Of a DNA stretch of 64,000 bases, positions 17,160-26,231 are shown piece after piece; the first letter of the stretch is position 1; each line of letters begins with the position of its first letter. Under the pieces are notes generated by a model. That model had not been told where the DNA came from. It saw only the letters and a program-made list of their open reading frames with translations, and made no database searches. This stretch comes from Thermoanaerobaculia bacterium (GTDB lineage Bacteria > Acidobacteriota > Thermoanaerobaculia > Multivoradales > JAGPDF01): NCBI GenBank assembly GCA_048500095.1, contig JASNYQ010000001.1, forward strand, positions 1,182,696-1,246,695, given 5' to 3'. A program made the translations under genes and the position numbers.

Positions 17160-20100
17160 ATGTCCCCCTCCCGCCGCTTCGCCCTCGCCCTGCTCCTCGT
17201 CCTCGCGCCCACGCTGGCGCTCGCGCAGGGGGGCAGCCTCACCGTGACCACGCTCGACGACCACGACGACGGCCTGTGCGACGCCGACTGCACCCTGCGC
17301 GAGGCGATCCACGCCGCCAACGGCGACGGCGGGTTGACGACGATCACCTTTGCCCCGGGGATGGCCGGAGGCACGATCCTCCTCGCCTCGCCGCTCCCGC
17401 AGCTCGTCGAGGCCGCGACTACGATCGACGGCGACCTCGGCGGCGACTGTATGCCCGACATCGGCATCGACGGATCGGCGATCACCGCCGGCGTGCTGCT
17501 CGACGTTTCGCTCGCCGGCGGGGTGGTGCGCGGACTCGCCTTCTACCGCATGCCGGGTTGCGAAGCCACCAACTTCAGCAGCCTGGTCCACGTCGGGGGC
17601 TCGACGGCGATCGGCAACCTCCTCGAGTGCAACAGCTTCGGCCTCGGCCCGGGCGGAGGCGAGCACCCCGGTCACTGCCTCGGCATCCGGGTGGATGGGG
17701 GCGCCCAGGACAACCACTTCGAGCGCAACCGCTTCACCGGCGCCGAGGCGTGGGCGATCTACCTCGAGGACGCCGGGTTACCGGCCTACCCGGAGTTCGA
17801 CGGCCTCACCCCGGACCTCGTCACCGAGATCGCCACGCTCGATCTCACCGACGACTGCCAGTTCTTCAAGGTGCGGGACGGCGCCACCTTCTACGACGCC
17901 GGCGGCCACCCGTTCAACGAGAACTTCGGCCTGCGGCTCACAGGGCAGATCCAGATCGCGGAGGAGGGCGACTACACCTTCACTTGGCCCTGGCTCGACG
18001 ACCTCGGCCGCCTCTTCGTGAAGGACGCGACGCTCGTCGACTGGGGAGGCGGCGGCACGCCGCCGCCCGCCGTCAAGCACCTCGAGGCCGGTTCGCACCC
18101 GATCCGCCTCGACTTCTTCGAGGGGGGCGGGGCGGCGGGGGTCGCGCTCACGGTTTCGGGCCCGCAGCCCGTCGCCTACTCGACCGACGGCAACCTCGGC
18201 GGCTGCGCCGCCGGCCACGCCGGCCTCTGCGGCGAGCTCTTCCAGCTGCGCGTCCCGAGCGAACGGAACACGATCACCCGGAACCAGTTCTGGAACAACG
18301 GCCGCGGCATCGTCACCAACTGCTGCTGCGGTCCCGCCGTCAACGACCCGGGCGACCTCGACCTCGGGCCCAACACTCTCCTCAACACCCCGGTCATCGA
18401 CTCGGTCACCGGCGGCGGCCCGCCGGGCAGCTACGTCGCGAGCGGCACCGCGCCGCCGAATTCCGTCGTCGAGCTCTTCGCGGCCTGGATGGACCCGACG
18501 TACACCCATGGCCAGGGGCAGGAGTTCCTCGGCTGGACCACCGCCGACGCCGGCGGTTCCTTCAGCGTACCGATCGGCATCTCGCTCTGGACGAACTTCA
18601 TGGTCGCCACCGCCACCGATCCCGACGGGAACACCTCGGAGTTCTCCGCGCCGTTCCTCCTCACCGACAACCGGGACGCGGTGACGGTTGCCGACTGGGG
18701 GACCGAGGTGCCCGGTGCGGAGATCGAGATCCCGGTCTACGTCCGCGACCAGAAGCTGACCCTGCTCGGCCGCGACCGCGCCGCCGGAGAGCGGATCCAG
18801 GGCTTCGCCTTCAAGGTCGTCTGGGAGCCGGCGAGCGCCGTGACCCTCGCCCGCTTCGAGCCGGCCGGCATCACCGCCGCCCTCACCCCGATCGTGGCCC
18901 CGATCCAGACCCAGAACGGGAACACCGCCGGCTGGGTCGTGGCCTACAACGAGGCGACGAACGAGATCCCCTTCGGCCTCGACACGCCGCCGCCCGGCAA
19001 CCAGGTCGCGAAGCTCGTCCTCACCCTCGCGCCGAACGCACCGACCGGCCGGGTGACCCTCACCCTCGACCCGGTCACCGCCCTCCACAACCAGGCGGGC
19101 ACGATCGAGGAGACGTTGCCCAGCGGCACTCTCATCCTGACGGCAGGGAGCATCGACGTGCTCTCGCACGCCGCACAGGGAGTGCTCGCCTTCCCGTACT
19201 TCTCCGGGATCATGGTCACCTGGAGCGATCCGCACAGCAACGAGATCGGCTTCCGCCTCGAGCGCTCGTTCGACGGCACCAACTGGGAGACCGCCGCGCT
19301 CCTCGGTCCCGACGACACGGGCTTCCAGGACCTCGACCGGCCGCCGGCGACGCTCCACTACTACCGCGTCGTCACCCTCGTGGACGGCGGCGACGGACAG
19401 GTCTCGAACCGGGCAGCGGCGACCACCCATGCCGCCGTCGCGACGCCGATCTGCGGCGCCCAGCAGTCGGCGCTGTTCCGCCACGCGCGCTACGCCTCGA
19501 GCGCCTGGAGCGGCAGCGAGTGGGCCGTCGCCTACCACGAAGCGGGGACCGCTCCGCTCGGCGAGATCTTCTTCCAGCGCCTCGCGGCCGGGGACGGTCA
19601 ACCCCTCGGCCCACCCGTGCGCGTGACGGCCAGCGACTCGGGCTCCTCGCTTCCGACCCTGCGCTGGAACGGCACGCACTACGGACTGATCTGGAACGAG
19701 AGCATGCGCGGAGAGCCCGGAACACCCGGGCTCGGCGCCTCGCGCCAAATGTTCGCCCTGCTCGCCCCCGATGGCGGGAAGGTCCGGGGCGACGTGCCCC
19801 TGCCCACGCCGTTCGGGGGATGGATCAACAACAACGCGAAGTGGGCGTTCGACTGGGACGGCTCCCACTGGGGGCTTTTCGGGACCGACTGGACGGCCAC
19901 CCCACCATTCAGCAGAGTCATCTACCTGAAGCTGGACGAGGACGGGGACACGGTGCTCGGGCCCGTGCCGATCACGGCGACCCTCGATCGCTGGGAGAAC
20001 GATGTCGCTGCCGCCTTCAGTCCCACCGAGAGCCTCTACGGCGTCGCCTGGAAACGCTACGAGAACACGCCAGGTGGCCCTGTCGAGGTCTGGTTCCAGC

Positions 20101-22769
20101 GCGTCGAGGAGGCTGACGGCACCCCGGTGGGCGGCGCCGTCCTCCTCGGTTCCTGGCTCGGCAGCCCGGACGGGCTCGACATCGCCTGGGACGCAGCGAC
20201 CGGCGCCTGGGCGGTGGTCTGGAGTCAGTGGCCGAGCGATGGGAGCGAGGCCCCCCTCATGCTGCGCAAGGTGGCGGCCGACGGCTCGCCGATCGGACCT
20301 GGCCCCGAGCGCCTGTCCGACGATCCCGACCCGGAGGACCCGCGTTGGGACGAGCTTCCGGTCGTCACCGTCACCTCGGCGGGAGAAGTACGGGCGTTCG
20401 CCTGGAGCGGCGACAACGCGACCGGCGCCTACGAGGTCGGTCTGCTGCGCGCGGATGCGAGCGGGGCTCGCCTCGGGAGCCGCATCCTGGTGACGCCGTT
20501 CGACGGCCTCTGGCAGGCCTATCCTCAGGTCGCGAGCGACGGCGCCCGGCAGCTCGTCGCCTTCAACGACGCCACCGCGGGAAGCCTCGAGGTGGGCGCC
20601 GTGCTCGTGGACGAAAGCGCTCTTCCGGGCGCTCTCGTGCCGCTGACCTCCGGCCACATCCCCGGGAACACTTACGGCACCTTTTCCGGCGGGCCGGCCA
20701 AAGTCGCACCGCTCGGCGCCGGCTTCGTGGCGGTCTGGATGGAACGCACGTCCGGTACGCCCACCCTCGCCGCTCGCGCCTACGACGGGACCGGGAGCAT
20801 CACCGCGGAGGCCCTGCCACTCACCGCCACACCTCTCGGGCACTCCGCCTTCGACCTCGTGGCGGCGGGAGGGACCTTCGCTCTGGTCTTCCGAGACGCC
20901 GGCGGGGGAATCCGCTTCAGTCGCTTCGACGAGTTCCTCAACCGCCTCACCCCCGAGGAAGGGGTGGTCGTGACCGGCGCCAACGGGCCGACCGCAATCG
21001 GCTTCGACGGCGAACGCTACGGGCTCGTTTTCCGCCGTTCGGGTGGCTGGAGCTACGCCTCGGTCTGGCCTGACGGCTCACTCGCCGAGCAGCGCCTGCC
21101 GCTGGCGCTCACGCCACCCGGAAACTCCCAGCCGCACCTCTTCTGGCTCGGAAGCAGCTGGGCGCTGGTCTGGCAATCATGGGAAGGCTCGACGATCTTC
21201 CTCGGCCGTTTCTCGGCATCCGGCGACGTCCTCTTGCCCGCCACGCCGCTCACGCCACCGGCGGCCTACTCCTCCCGCAATCAGTACGCCGCAGCGTTCG
21301 GGGGAGACCGGATCGCCGTGGCCTGGGTCGAGAACCTCGGACCCAACCCGCCGGGGCAGGACATCCACTACACGATCGTCGGACTCGACGGGGGAATTCT
21401 CAGCCCGGCCGCGGTGGCGGCGAGCTCCGTCTTCAGCGAGTCGGGGCCCCGGCTCCTGTGGCGCGGGGGGACGTTCCACCTCCTCTACGCCGGGGAGATC
21501 TCCGGAATCCACGAGATCGAGATCGATCCGGCCGGGGCGCTGATCGGAACGCCGCGCGCCTGGGCGAACCGGGGGACGCCCGCCGCAGTGGCCACGAACG
21601 GAGCGACGACGGCGTTGGCCTGGACCCAGCCCGAGGTATTCCTCATGACCGACTTCTGCCTCGCGGACAGCACCCGGCCGCCGTGCCCGAACGTCGCGAT
21701 CTCGTCTGTGGATCACAGGATCCGTCTCAACTGGTCCGGCGGCGGGGACCCCGAGTCGGGACACTGGCGCACGATGGTCTTCCGCGGGGAGGCGGCTACG
21801 CCCGGCAGCGAACGGGCCGTGGCCGAGCTCTTCCTCGACACCACCTCGCTCGACGATGGCGGCTTCACCCTGGGCGCCATCCACACCTACCAGGTACTGG
21901 CCATGAACGGCGCCTTCCGGCTCTCCGAGGGCTGCCCGCTCCTCTCCTTCTCGACCGTGCGCGGCGACGCGAACGGGGACGGCGTGGTCGACGGCACGGA
22001 CATCTTCTACCTCGTCAACCACCTGCTCGCCGGCGGCCCGCCGCCGCTGGGGGACGCCGACGCCAACGGTTCGGGCGGCGTCACCACTGGCGACATCTTC
22101 TACCTCATCAACTGGCTCTACGCCGGCGGCCCGGCCCCCGAGTGGAGCGGCGAGACGCTGCGGCTCGATTCCCTGCCCGGCCGGCTCGCGGCGGCTCCCC
22201 ACGCCGCCCTTTCGACCCGAGAGGCCGAGGAAGCCGTCCCGGCGAGCGACCGTCCGCGCTCCACCGTCGCGCTCGGCAAGGCCATGGCCCGCGCCGGCGC
22301 GACCATCGCGATCCCCGTCACGCTCGTCGACGCCGCCGGCACTCCGCTCGGCCGCGACCGCGACGCCGAGGCTCCGATCCAGGCCCTCGCGCTCAGCGTC
22401 AACGTGCTCCCCGCCGGCGCGGTCACCGCGATCGAAGTGCGGCGAGCGGGGGTCCTCGCCAGGCCCGAGCCGCTCTTCGAGTCGCGGCCCGTCCACGCCG
22501 CCGGTGCCGCCCTCGTCGTCTCCTTCGACGAGGCGTTCGCCCCGCTCCCGATCTCGTCGGCCGGCGTTTCCGCGAGCCGCACCCCTCCGGCCACGGCGAT
22601 CGCCGAGGTCGTCGTCACCCTCGCCCGCGAGCTCGCGCCCGGCACCGCCGTCGAGCTCCGCCTCGACCCCGGCACCACGCTCCTCTCCAACCAGGCCGGC
22701 ACCGTCAGCGAGACCGCCGCCAACGGCTGGCTCGCGCTGCGGGACGGACGGATCGAGGTGACGCGGTGA
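17160..22769 (+). CDS. paralogue of 11500..17091 with the same domain order; N-terminal motif CTLREAI (CSLREA-domain-like)
   Basis: AAGGAGG RBS. Signal peptide. Domain order is collinear with the upstream gene. The C-terminal ~150 aa are nearly identical to it. Confidence 0.8.
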   Translation: MSPSRRFALALLLVLAPTLALAQGGSLTVTTLDDHDDGLCDADCTLREAIHAANGDGGLTTITFAPGMAGGTILLASPLPQLVEAATTIDGDLGGDCMPDIGIDGSAITAGVLLDVSLAGGVVRGLAFYRMPGCEATNFSSLVHVGGSTAIGNLLECNSFGLGPGGGEHPGHCLGIRVDGGAQDNHFERNRFTGAEAWAIYLEDAGLPAYPEFDGLTPDLVTEIATLDLTDDCQFFKVRDGATFYDAGGHPFNENFGLRLTGQIQIAEEGDYTFTWPWLDDLGRLFVKDATLVDWGGGGTPPPAVKHLEAGSHPIRLDFFEGGGAAGVALTVSGPQPVAYSTDGNLGGCAAGHAGLCGELFQLRVPSERNTITRNQFWNNGRGIVTNCCCGPAVNDPGDLDLGPNTLLNTPVIDSVTGGGPPGSYVASGTAPPNSVVELFAAWMDPTYTHGQGQEFLGWTTADAGGSFSVPIGISLWTNFMVATATDPDGNTSEFSAPFLLTDNRDAVTVADWGTEVPGAEIEIPVYVRDQKLTLLGRDRAAGERIQGFAFKVVWEPASAVTLARFEPAGITAALTPIVAPIQTQNGNTAGWVVAYNEATNEIPFGLDTPPPGNQVAKLVLTLAPNAPTGRVTLTLDPVTALHNQAGTIEETLPSGTLILTAGSIDVLSHAAQGVLAFPYFSGIMVTWSDPHSNEIGFRLERSFDGTNWETAALLGPDDTGFQDLDRPPATLHYYRVVTLVDGGDGQVSNRAAATTHAAVATPICGAQQSALFRHARYASSAWSGSEWAVAYHEAGTAPLGEIFFQRLAAGDGQPLGPPVRVTASDSGSSLPTLRWNGTHYGLIWNESMRGEPGTPGLGASRQMFALLAPDGGKVRGDVPLPTPFGGWINNNAKWAFDWDGSHWGLFGTDWTATPPFSRVIYLKLDEDGDTVLGPVPITATLDRWENDVAAAFSPTESLYGVAWKRYENTPGGPVEVWFQRVEEADGTPVGGAVLLGSWLGSPDGLDIAWDAATGAWAVVWSQWPSDGSEAPLMLRKVAADGSPIGPGPERLSDDPDPEDPRWDELPVVTVTSAGEVRAFAWSGDNATGAYEVGLLRADASGARLGSRILVTPFDGLWQAYPQVASDGARQLVAFNDATAGSLEVGAVLVDESALPGALVPLTSGHIPGNTYGTFSGGPAKVAPLGAGFVAVWMERTSGTPTLAARAYDGTGSITAEALPLTATPLGHSAFDLVAAGGTFALVFRDAGGGIRFSRFDEFLNRLTPEEGVVVTGANGPTAIGFDGERYGLVFRRSGGWSYASVWPDGSLAEQRLPLALTPPGNSQPHLFWLGSSWALVWQSWEGSTIFLGRFSASGDVLLPATPLTPPAAYSSRNQYAAAFGGDRIAVAWVENLGPNPPGQDIHYTIVGLDGGILSPAAVAASSVFSESGPRLLWRGGTFHLLYAGEISGIHEIEIDPAGALIGTPRAWANRGTPAAVATNGATTALAWTQPEVFLMTDFCLADSTRPPCPNVAISSVDHRIRLNWSGGGDPESGHWRTMVFRGEAATPGSERAVAELFLDTTSLDDGGFTLGAIHTYQVLAMNGAFRLSEGCPLLSFSTVRGDANGDGVVDGTDIFYLVNHLLAGGPPPLGDADANGSGGVTTGDIFYLINWLYAGGPAPEWSGETLRLDSLPGRLAAAPHAALSTREAEEAVPASDRPRSTVALGKAMARAGATIAIPVTLVDAAGTPLGRDRDAEAPIQALALSVNVLPAGAVTAIEVRRAGVLARPEPLFESRPVHAAGAALVVSFDEAFAPLPISSAGVSASRTPPATAIAEVVVTLARELAPGTAVELRLDPGTTLLSNQAGTVSETAANGWLALRDGRIEVTR

Positions 22770-23389
22770 CGCGCGCCGCCCGCGCGGCGCTCGTCCTCGC
22801 CGCCCTCGCCCTCCTCGCGGGGGCGGCGCGCGGCCAGGACGAGCTGCGGGTGGGGACGGGCAAGGGGCTCCCCGGCGGCTTCGCCGAGGCCGCGCTCACC
22901 GTGCGCGACCTCGCCGGCACGCTGCTCGACGAGGGGGACGGGCCGGGGCTCGAGATCCAGGGCTTCGCCCTGCGCATCGAGTACCCGGCCGCCTCCGTCA
23001 CCAGCTGCGACTTCCACCAGGCGGGGGTGACGCGCGGCAAGCCGGCGCTCATGAGCTCGGTCGGGCGCGGCGCCGGCTACTGCTACGTCCTCTTCGCCTT
23101 CGAGGAGGGGGCGGCGCCGCTCCTCTTCACCCTCGGCCGCGCCGCCCCCGGCGACACGGTGGGGAACTTCCGCCTCGGTCTCGCCGCCGACCTGCCGCTC
23201 GGGTCGAGCTTCGCGCTCACCCCGGTGGCCTCCACCGCGATCCTCGACAACGGCCAGGGGACGCTCTCCGAGACGCCCCAGAACGGGCACCTCGCGCTCG
23301 CGAGCGGGGTCGTCCTGATCACCCCCGAGATCTTCCGCGACGGCTTCGAATCGGGCGGCCTCGCCGTCTGGTCCGAGCGGCGGGGCTGA
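22766..23389 (+). CDS. stand-alone secreted cohesin-like domain protein
   Basis: GTG overlaps the upstream stop (GTGA). Signal peptide. IQGFALRIEYPAASV and YVLFAFEEGAAPLLFTL...APGDTVGNFRL parallel the cohesin-like modules of the giant proteins. Confidence 0.55.
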   Translation: MTRAARAALVLAALALLAGAARGQDELRVGTGKGLPGGFAEAALTVRDLAGTLLDEGDGPGLEIQGFALRIEYPAASVTSCDFHQAGVTRGKPALMSSVGRGAGYCYVLFAFEEGAAPLLFTLGRAAPGDTVGNFRLGLAADLPLGSSFALTPVASTAILDNGQGTLSETPQNGHLALASGVVLITPEIFRDGFESGGLAVWSERRG

Positions 23390-23458
23390 CGACCCTCCGC
23401 TGCCCGCGCGGTCCGGAAGCTGCCCCCCTCGGCTAGGCTCGGGGGAGCCGGTGCCCGC

Positions 23459-24229
23459 ATGCTCGGACAGGACCCGCACTCTCTCGCCTTCCGCTGCAAC
23501 CTCTGCGGCGCGCTGACTTCCGCCCTCCCGGCACAGCTGACGCGCGAGGGGGCGAGCTGCGGCGGCTGCGGCTCCTCGGTGCGGCAGCGGGCGGTGGTGC
23601 GGCTCCTCTCGCTGGGGCTCTTCGGCGAGAGCCTGGCGATCGGCGACTTCCCGCTGCGGCCGGACCTCACCGTGCTCGACCTGAGCGGCGCGGAGATCTA
23701 CGCCCGGCGACTCGCCGGAAAGCTCGGCTACGTGAACACCTTCCTCCACCGCGAGCCGCGGCTCGACATCGCCGCGCCCGATCCCTCCTGGCTCGGGCGC
23801 TGCGACGCTCTCGTGAGCTCGGACGTCTTCGAGCACGTCGCGCCGCCGGTGGCGGCGGCGTTCACGAGCGCCCTGCGGCTGCTCCGGCCCGGCGGCCTGC
23901 TGGTGCTCACCGTGCCGTTCACCCGCGACGGGCCGCACGCCGAGCACTTCCCGGAGCTCCACGACTTCCGGATCGCCGAGGAGGACGGAAGGCGCGTGCT
24001 CTTCAACCGCACCGCCGACGGCCGCCGGCAGCGCTTCGGTGACCTCGTCTTCCACGGCGGCGAGGGGAGGACGCTCGAGATGCGGGTCTTCTCGCGCGCC
24101 TCGCTCCTCGCCCACCTCGCGGAAGCCGGCTTCGCGGAGACCGCCCTCCACCCGGAGCCCGAGCCTCGTTCCGGAATCCTCTGGCACCACGACTGGTCGG
24201 TGCCGGCGACCGCGCGTCGGCCGCTCTGA
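23459..24229 (+). CDS. class I SAM-dependent methyltransferase with N-terminal CxxC...CxxC zinc ribbon
   Basis: Motifs LDLSGAEIY, DALVSSDVFEHV and LLRPGGLLVLTVPF. Confidence 0.6.
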   Translation: MLGQDPHSLAFRCNLCGALTSALPAQLTREGASCGGCGSSVRQRAVVRLLSLGLFGESLAIGDFPLRPDLTVLDLSGAEIYARRLAGKLGYVNTFLHREPRLDIAAPDPSWLGRCDALVSSDVFEHVAPPVAAAFTSALRLLRPGGLLVLTVPFTRDGPHAEHFPELHDFRIAEEDGRRVLFNRTADGRRQRFGDLVFHGGEGRTLEMRVFSRASLLAHLAEAGFAETALHPEPEPRSGILWHHDWSVPATARRPL

Positions 24230-24251
24230 TTCGAGGCGCGGGGCGCCCCTC

Positions 24252-25439
24252 TCAGCCCGCGACCACGCGGTCGCGGCCCGTCTCCTTGGCGCGGTAGAGG
24301 GCGTGGTCCGCGGCGGCGATGGTGGCGTCGAGGGTGCGGTCGGGGCGGTGCTCGGCGACGCCGAGCGAGATGCGGAGCTCGACGCTCTCGCCGTCCACCT
24401 CCACGGGGCTGCCGGCGACCGCCCGGCGCACCGCCTCGGCGGCGGCAAACGCCCCCTCGGCGGTGGTCTCGGGGAGCAGCAGGATCAGCTCCTCGCCCCC
24501 CCAGCGCGCCACCACGTCCTGCTCGCGCACCGCCGCGCGCACCGTGGCGCAAACCGCCTGAAGCACGGCGTCGCCGACGGCGTGGCCGTGGGCGTCGTTG
24601 ACCTCCTTGAAGTGGTCGAGGTCGGCGAGCGCGATCGAGAACGGACGGCCCGAGCGGCGGCTGCGCCGCTCCTCGGCCTCGGCCGCGGCGAGGAAGCCGC
24701 GGCGATTCGGCAGGCCGGTGAGCCAGTCGGTGCGCGACACCTCGTCGAGCTGGCGGTTGGCGGCGGAGAGCTCGGCGGTGCGCGCCTCGACGCGCTCCTC
24801 GAGGTCGCGCCGCAGGCCGGCGAGCTCCTCCCGCTCGCGCTCCTGGCGGTCGGCGAGCGACTTGGCCGAGGCGAGGAAGAGCACCACGAAGCCGAGGAGC
24901 GGCAGGCCGTAGAGCGCCGGCAGCAGGCTCAGCTCCTGGAGCACGTCGAGCACCAGGCAGAGGACGAGGAAGAGGAAGCCGCGCGCGAAGGTGCGCGCGC
25001 CGGGCTCGCCGGCCACGACGCTCCTCGCGGCTCGGGCTCCCGCCCCGGCCAGCAGCAACGCGGCGACCAGCGGCGTGGCGACGAGCCATGGGGGGCCGAG
25101 CGCCGCCGCGAGCGCCGCCAGGAGCGCCGCGCCCTGGAGCGCGCGTCCGAGCCGCCCCACGCGGAGGCGGGCGAGCCAGGCGGCGAGCTCGAGGAGGGCG
25201 GCGCTGGCCACCGCGACCCCCAGGTAGTTGGCGACGAGCAGCGCCGCCCACGTGTCGGCGCCGGCGGCCCGGTGGACCATCCCCGTCAGGTCCACCGCGA
25301 GCGCCCCCACGGCGGTGACCGCGACCCAGAGATGGCCCCGCTCCGCGGGACGCCGCCGCCAGAGGTCGAGTTGGACGAAGCCGAAGAGGACGTAGACCCC
25401 GGCCGCGAAGGCGTCGACGAGCTGCTCGAGCGGCGTCAC
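24252..25439 (-). CDS. membrane-anchored GGDEF diguanylate cyclase
   Basis: About 6 N-terminal TM helices. RTDWLTGLPNRRGF...ALADLDHFKEVNDAHGH...GGEEF. Confidence 0.85.
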   Translation of the reverse strand: MTPLEQLVDAFAAGVYVLFGFVQLDLWRRRPAERGHLWVAVTAVGALAVDLTGMVHRAAGADTWAALLVANYLGVAVASAALLELAAWLARLRVGRLGRALQGAALLAALAAALGPPWLVATPLVAALLLAGAGARAARSVVAGEPGARTFARGFLFLVLCLVLDVLQELSLLPALYGLPLLGFVVLFLASAKSLADRQEREREELAGLRRDLEERVEARTAELSAANRQLDEVSRTDWLTGLPNRRGFLAAAEAEERRSRRSGRPFSIALADLDHFKEVNDAHGHAVGDAVLQAVCATVRAAVREQDVVARWGGEELILLLPETTAEGAFAAAEAVRRAVAGSPVEVDGESVELRISLGVAEHRPDRTLDATIAAADHALYRAKETGRDRVVAG

Positions 25440-25550
25440 GACTCCGATTATCCGCTGCCGCCCGGGTGACCGCCACGCCGCGACGGGGCGGCGCGGCGCG
25501 CTGCCCGCCCCGGAGGCTCAAACGACAGATGCGCGGAGGGTGAGGAGAAG

Positions 25551-25624
25551 TGGCTGGGAGGCAGGGACTCGAACCCCGATTCTGCGGTCCAGAGCCGCAT
25601 GTCCTACCATTGAACGACCTCCCA
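25551..25624 (-). tRNA. tRNA-Gln (anticodon CUG), CCA encoded
   Basis: Folded manually. 7-bp acceptor stem U1:A72, G73 discriminator, anticodon loop cuCUGga, T-loop GGTTCGAGTCC. 74 nt. Confidence 0.85.
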
Positions 25625-25736
25625 GCAGGACGCCCAAACCCTACCGAAAGCGGCGCTTCGGGTCAACCTCGCGGGCGCTCCCGACCGCTCGGGGAGCCTC
25701 ACCCGGCGCCGCCCGGGCGCCGGATCAGAGGCGCGA

Positions 25737-26111
25737 TCAGCCGCGGGGGAGCGGGCGCGCGGCGCGCACCTCGGCGAGCAGCTGCTCGCCCTCCTCGAGG
25801 CGCGGGCCGTGCACGAGGAGCCGCGCCTCCCAGGGCTCCGGCCGCCCGCGGCGCAGCTCCCCCTTCTCGTCCTCGAGCGGGAGGGCGGTGCCCGCGTGCA
25901 CCACGTAGGGGATCTCCTCCTCCTCGAGCCGGCCGACGATCTCGCCGAGCTCCTCGGGGTCGTGGGTCGCGAGCAGCTCCTCGAGCTCGGCGACCGGACG
26001 GGCGGCCTGGACCTCCTCGAGGGAGGAGACGAGCGCCACGTTGCAGTCGGCGCAGACGGTGAAGCCGGGGCGGTACTCGCCGCCGCATTCGGGGCAGAAC
26101 ATGCCGCGCAT
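25737..26111 (-). CDS. small zinc-ribbon protein (DUF2007-like)
   Basis: MRGMFCPECGG...CADCN at the end of a long spurious antisense ORF. Acidic C-terminus. Confidence 0.45.
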   Translation of the reverse strand: MRGMFCPECGGEYRPGFTVCADCNVALVSSLEEVQAARPVAELEELLATHDPEELGEIVGRLEEEEIPYVVHAGTALPLEDEKGELRRGRPEPWEARLLVHGPRLEEGEQLLAEVRAARPLPRG

Positions 26112-26231
26112 TCTATGCGGGCCGGGCTCCGGATCGCGCCGGCCGGGCGGCCCATCTCCCGCCGCGGGGGCCGTTCGGATCCTCCCGGCCCGCGCTATCG
26201 TCCGCGGTGGCAACCCGGAGGCTGGGGGCAG

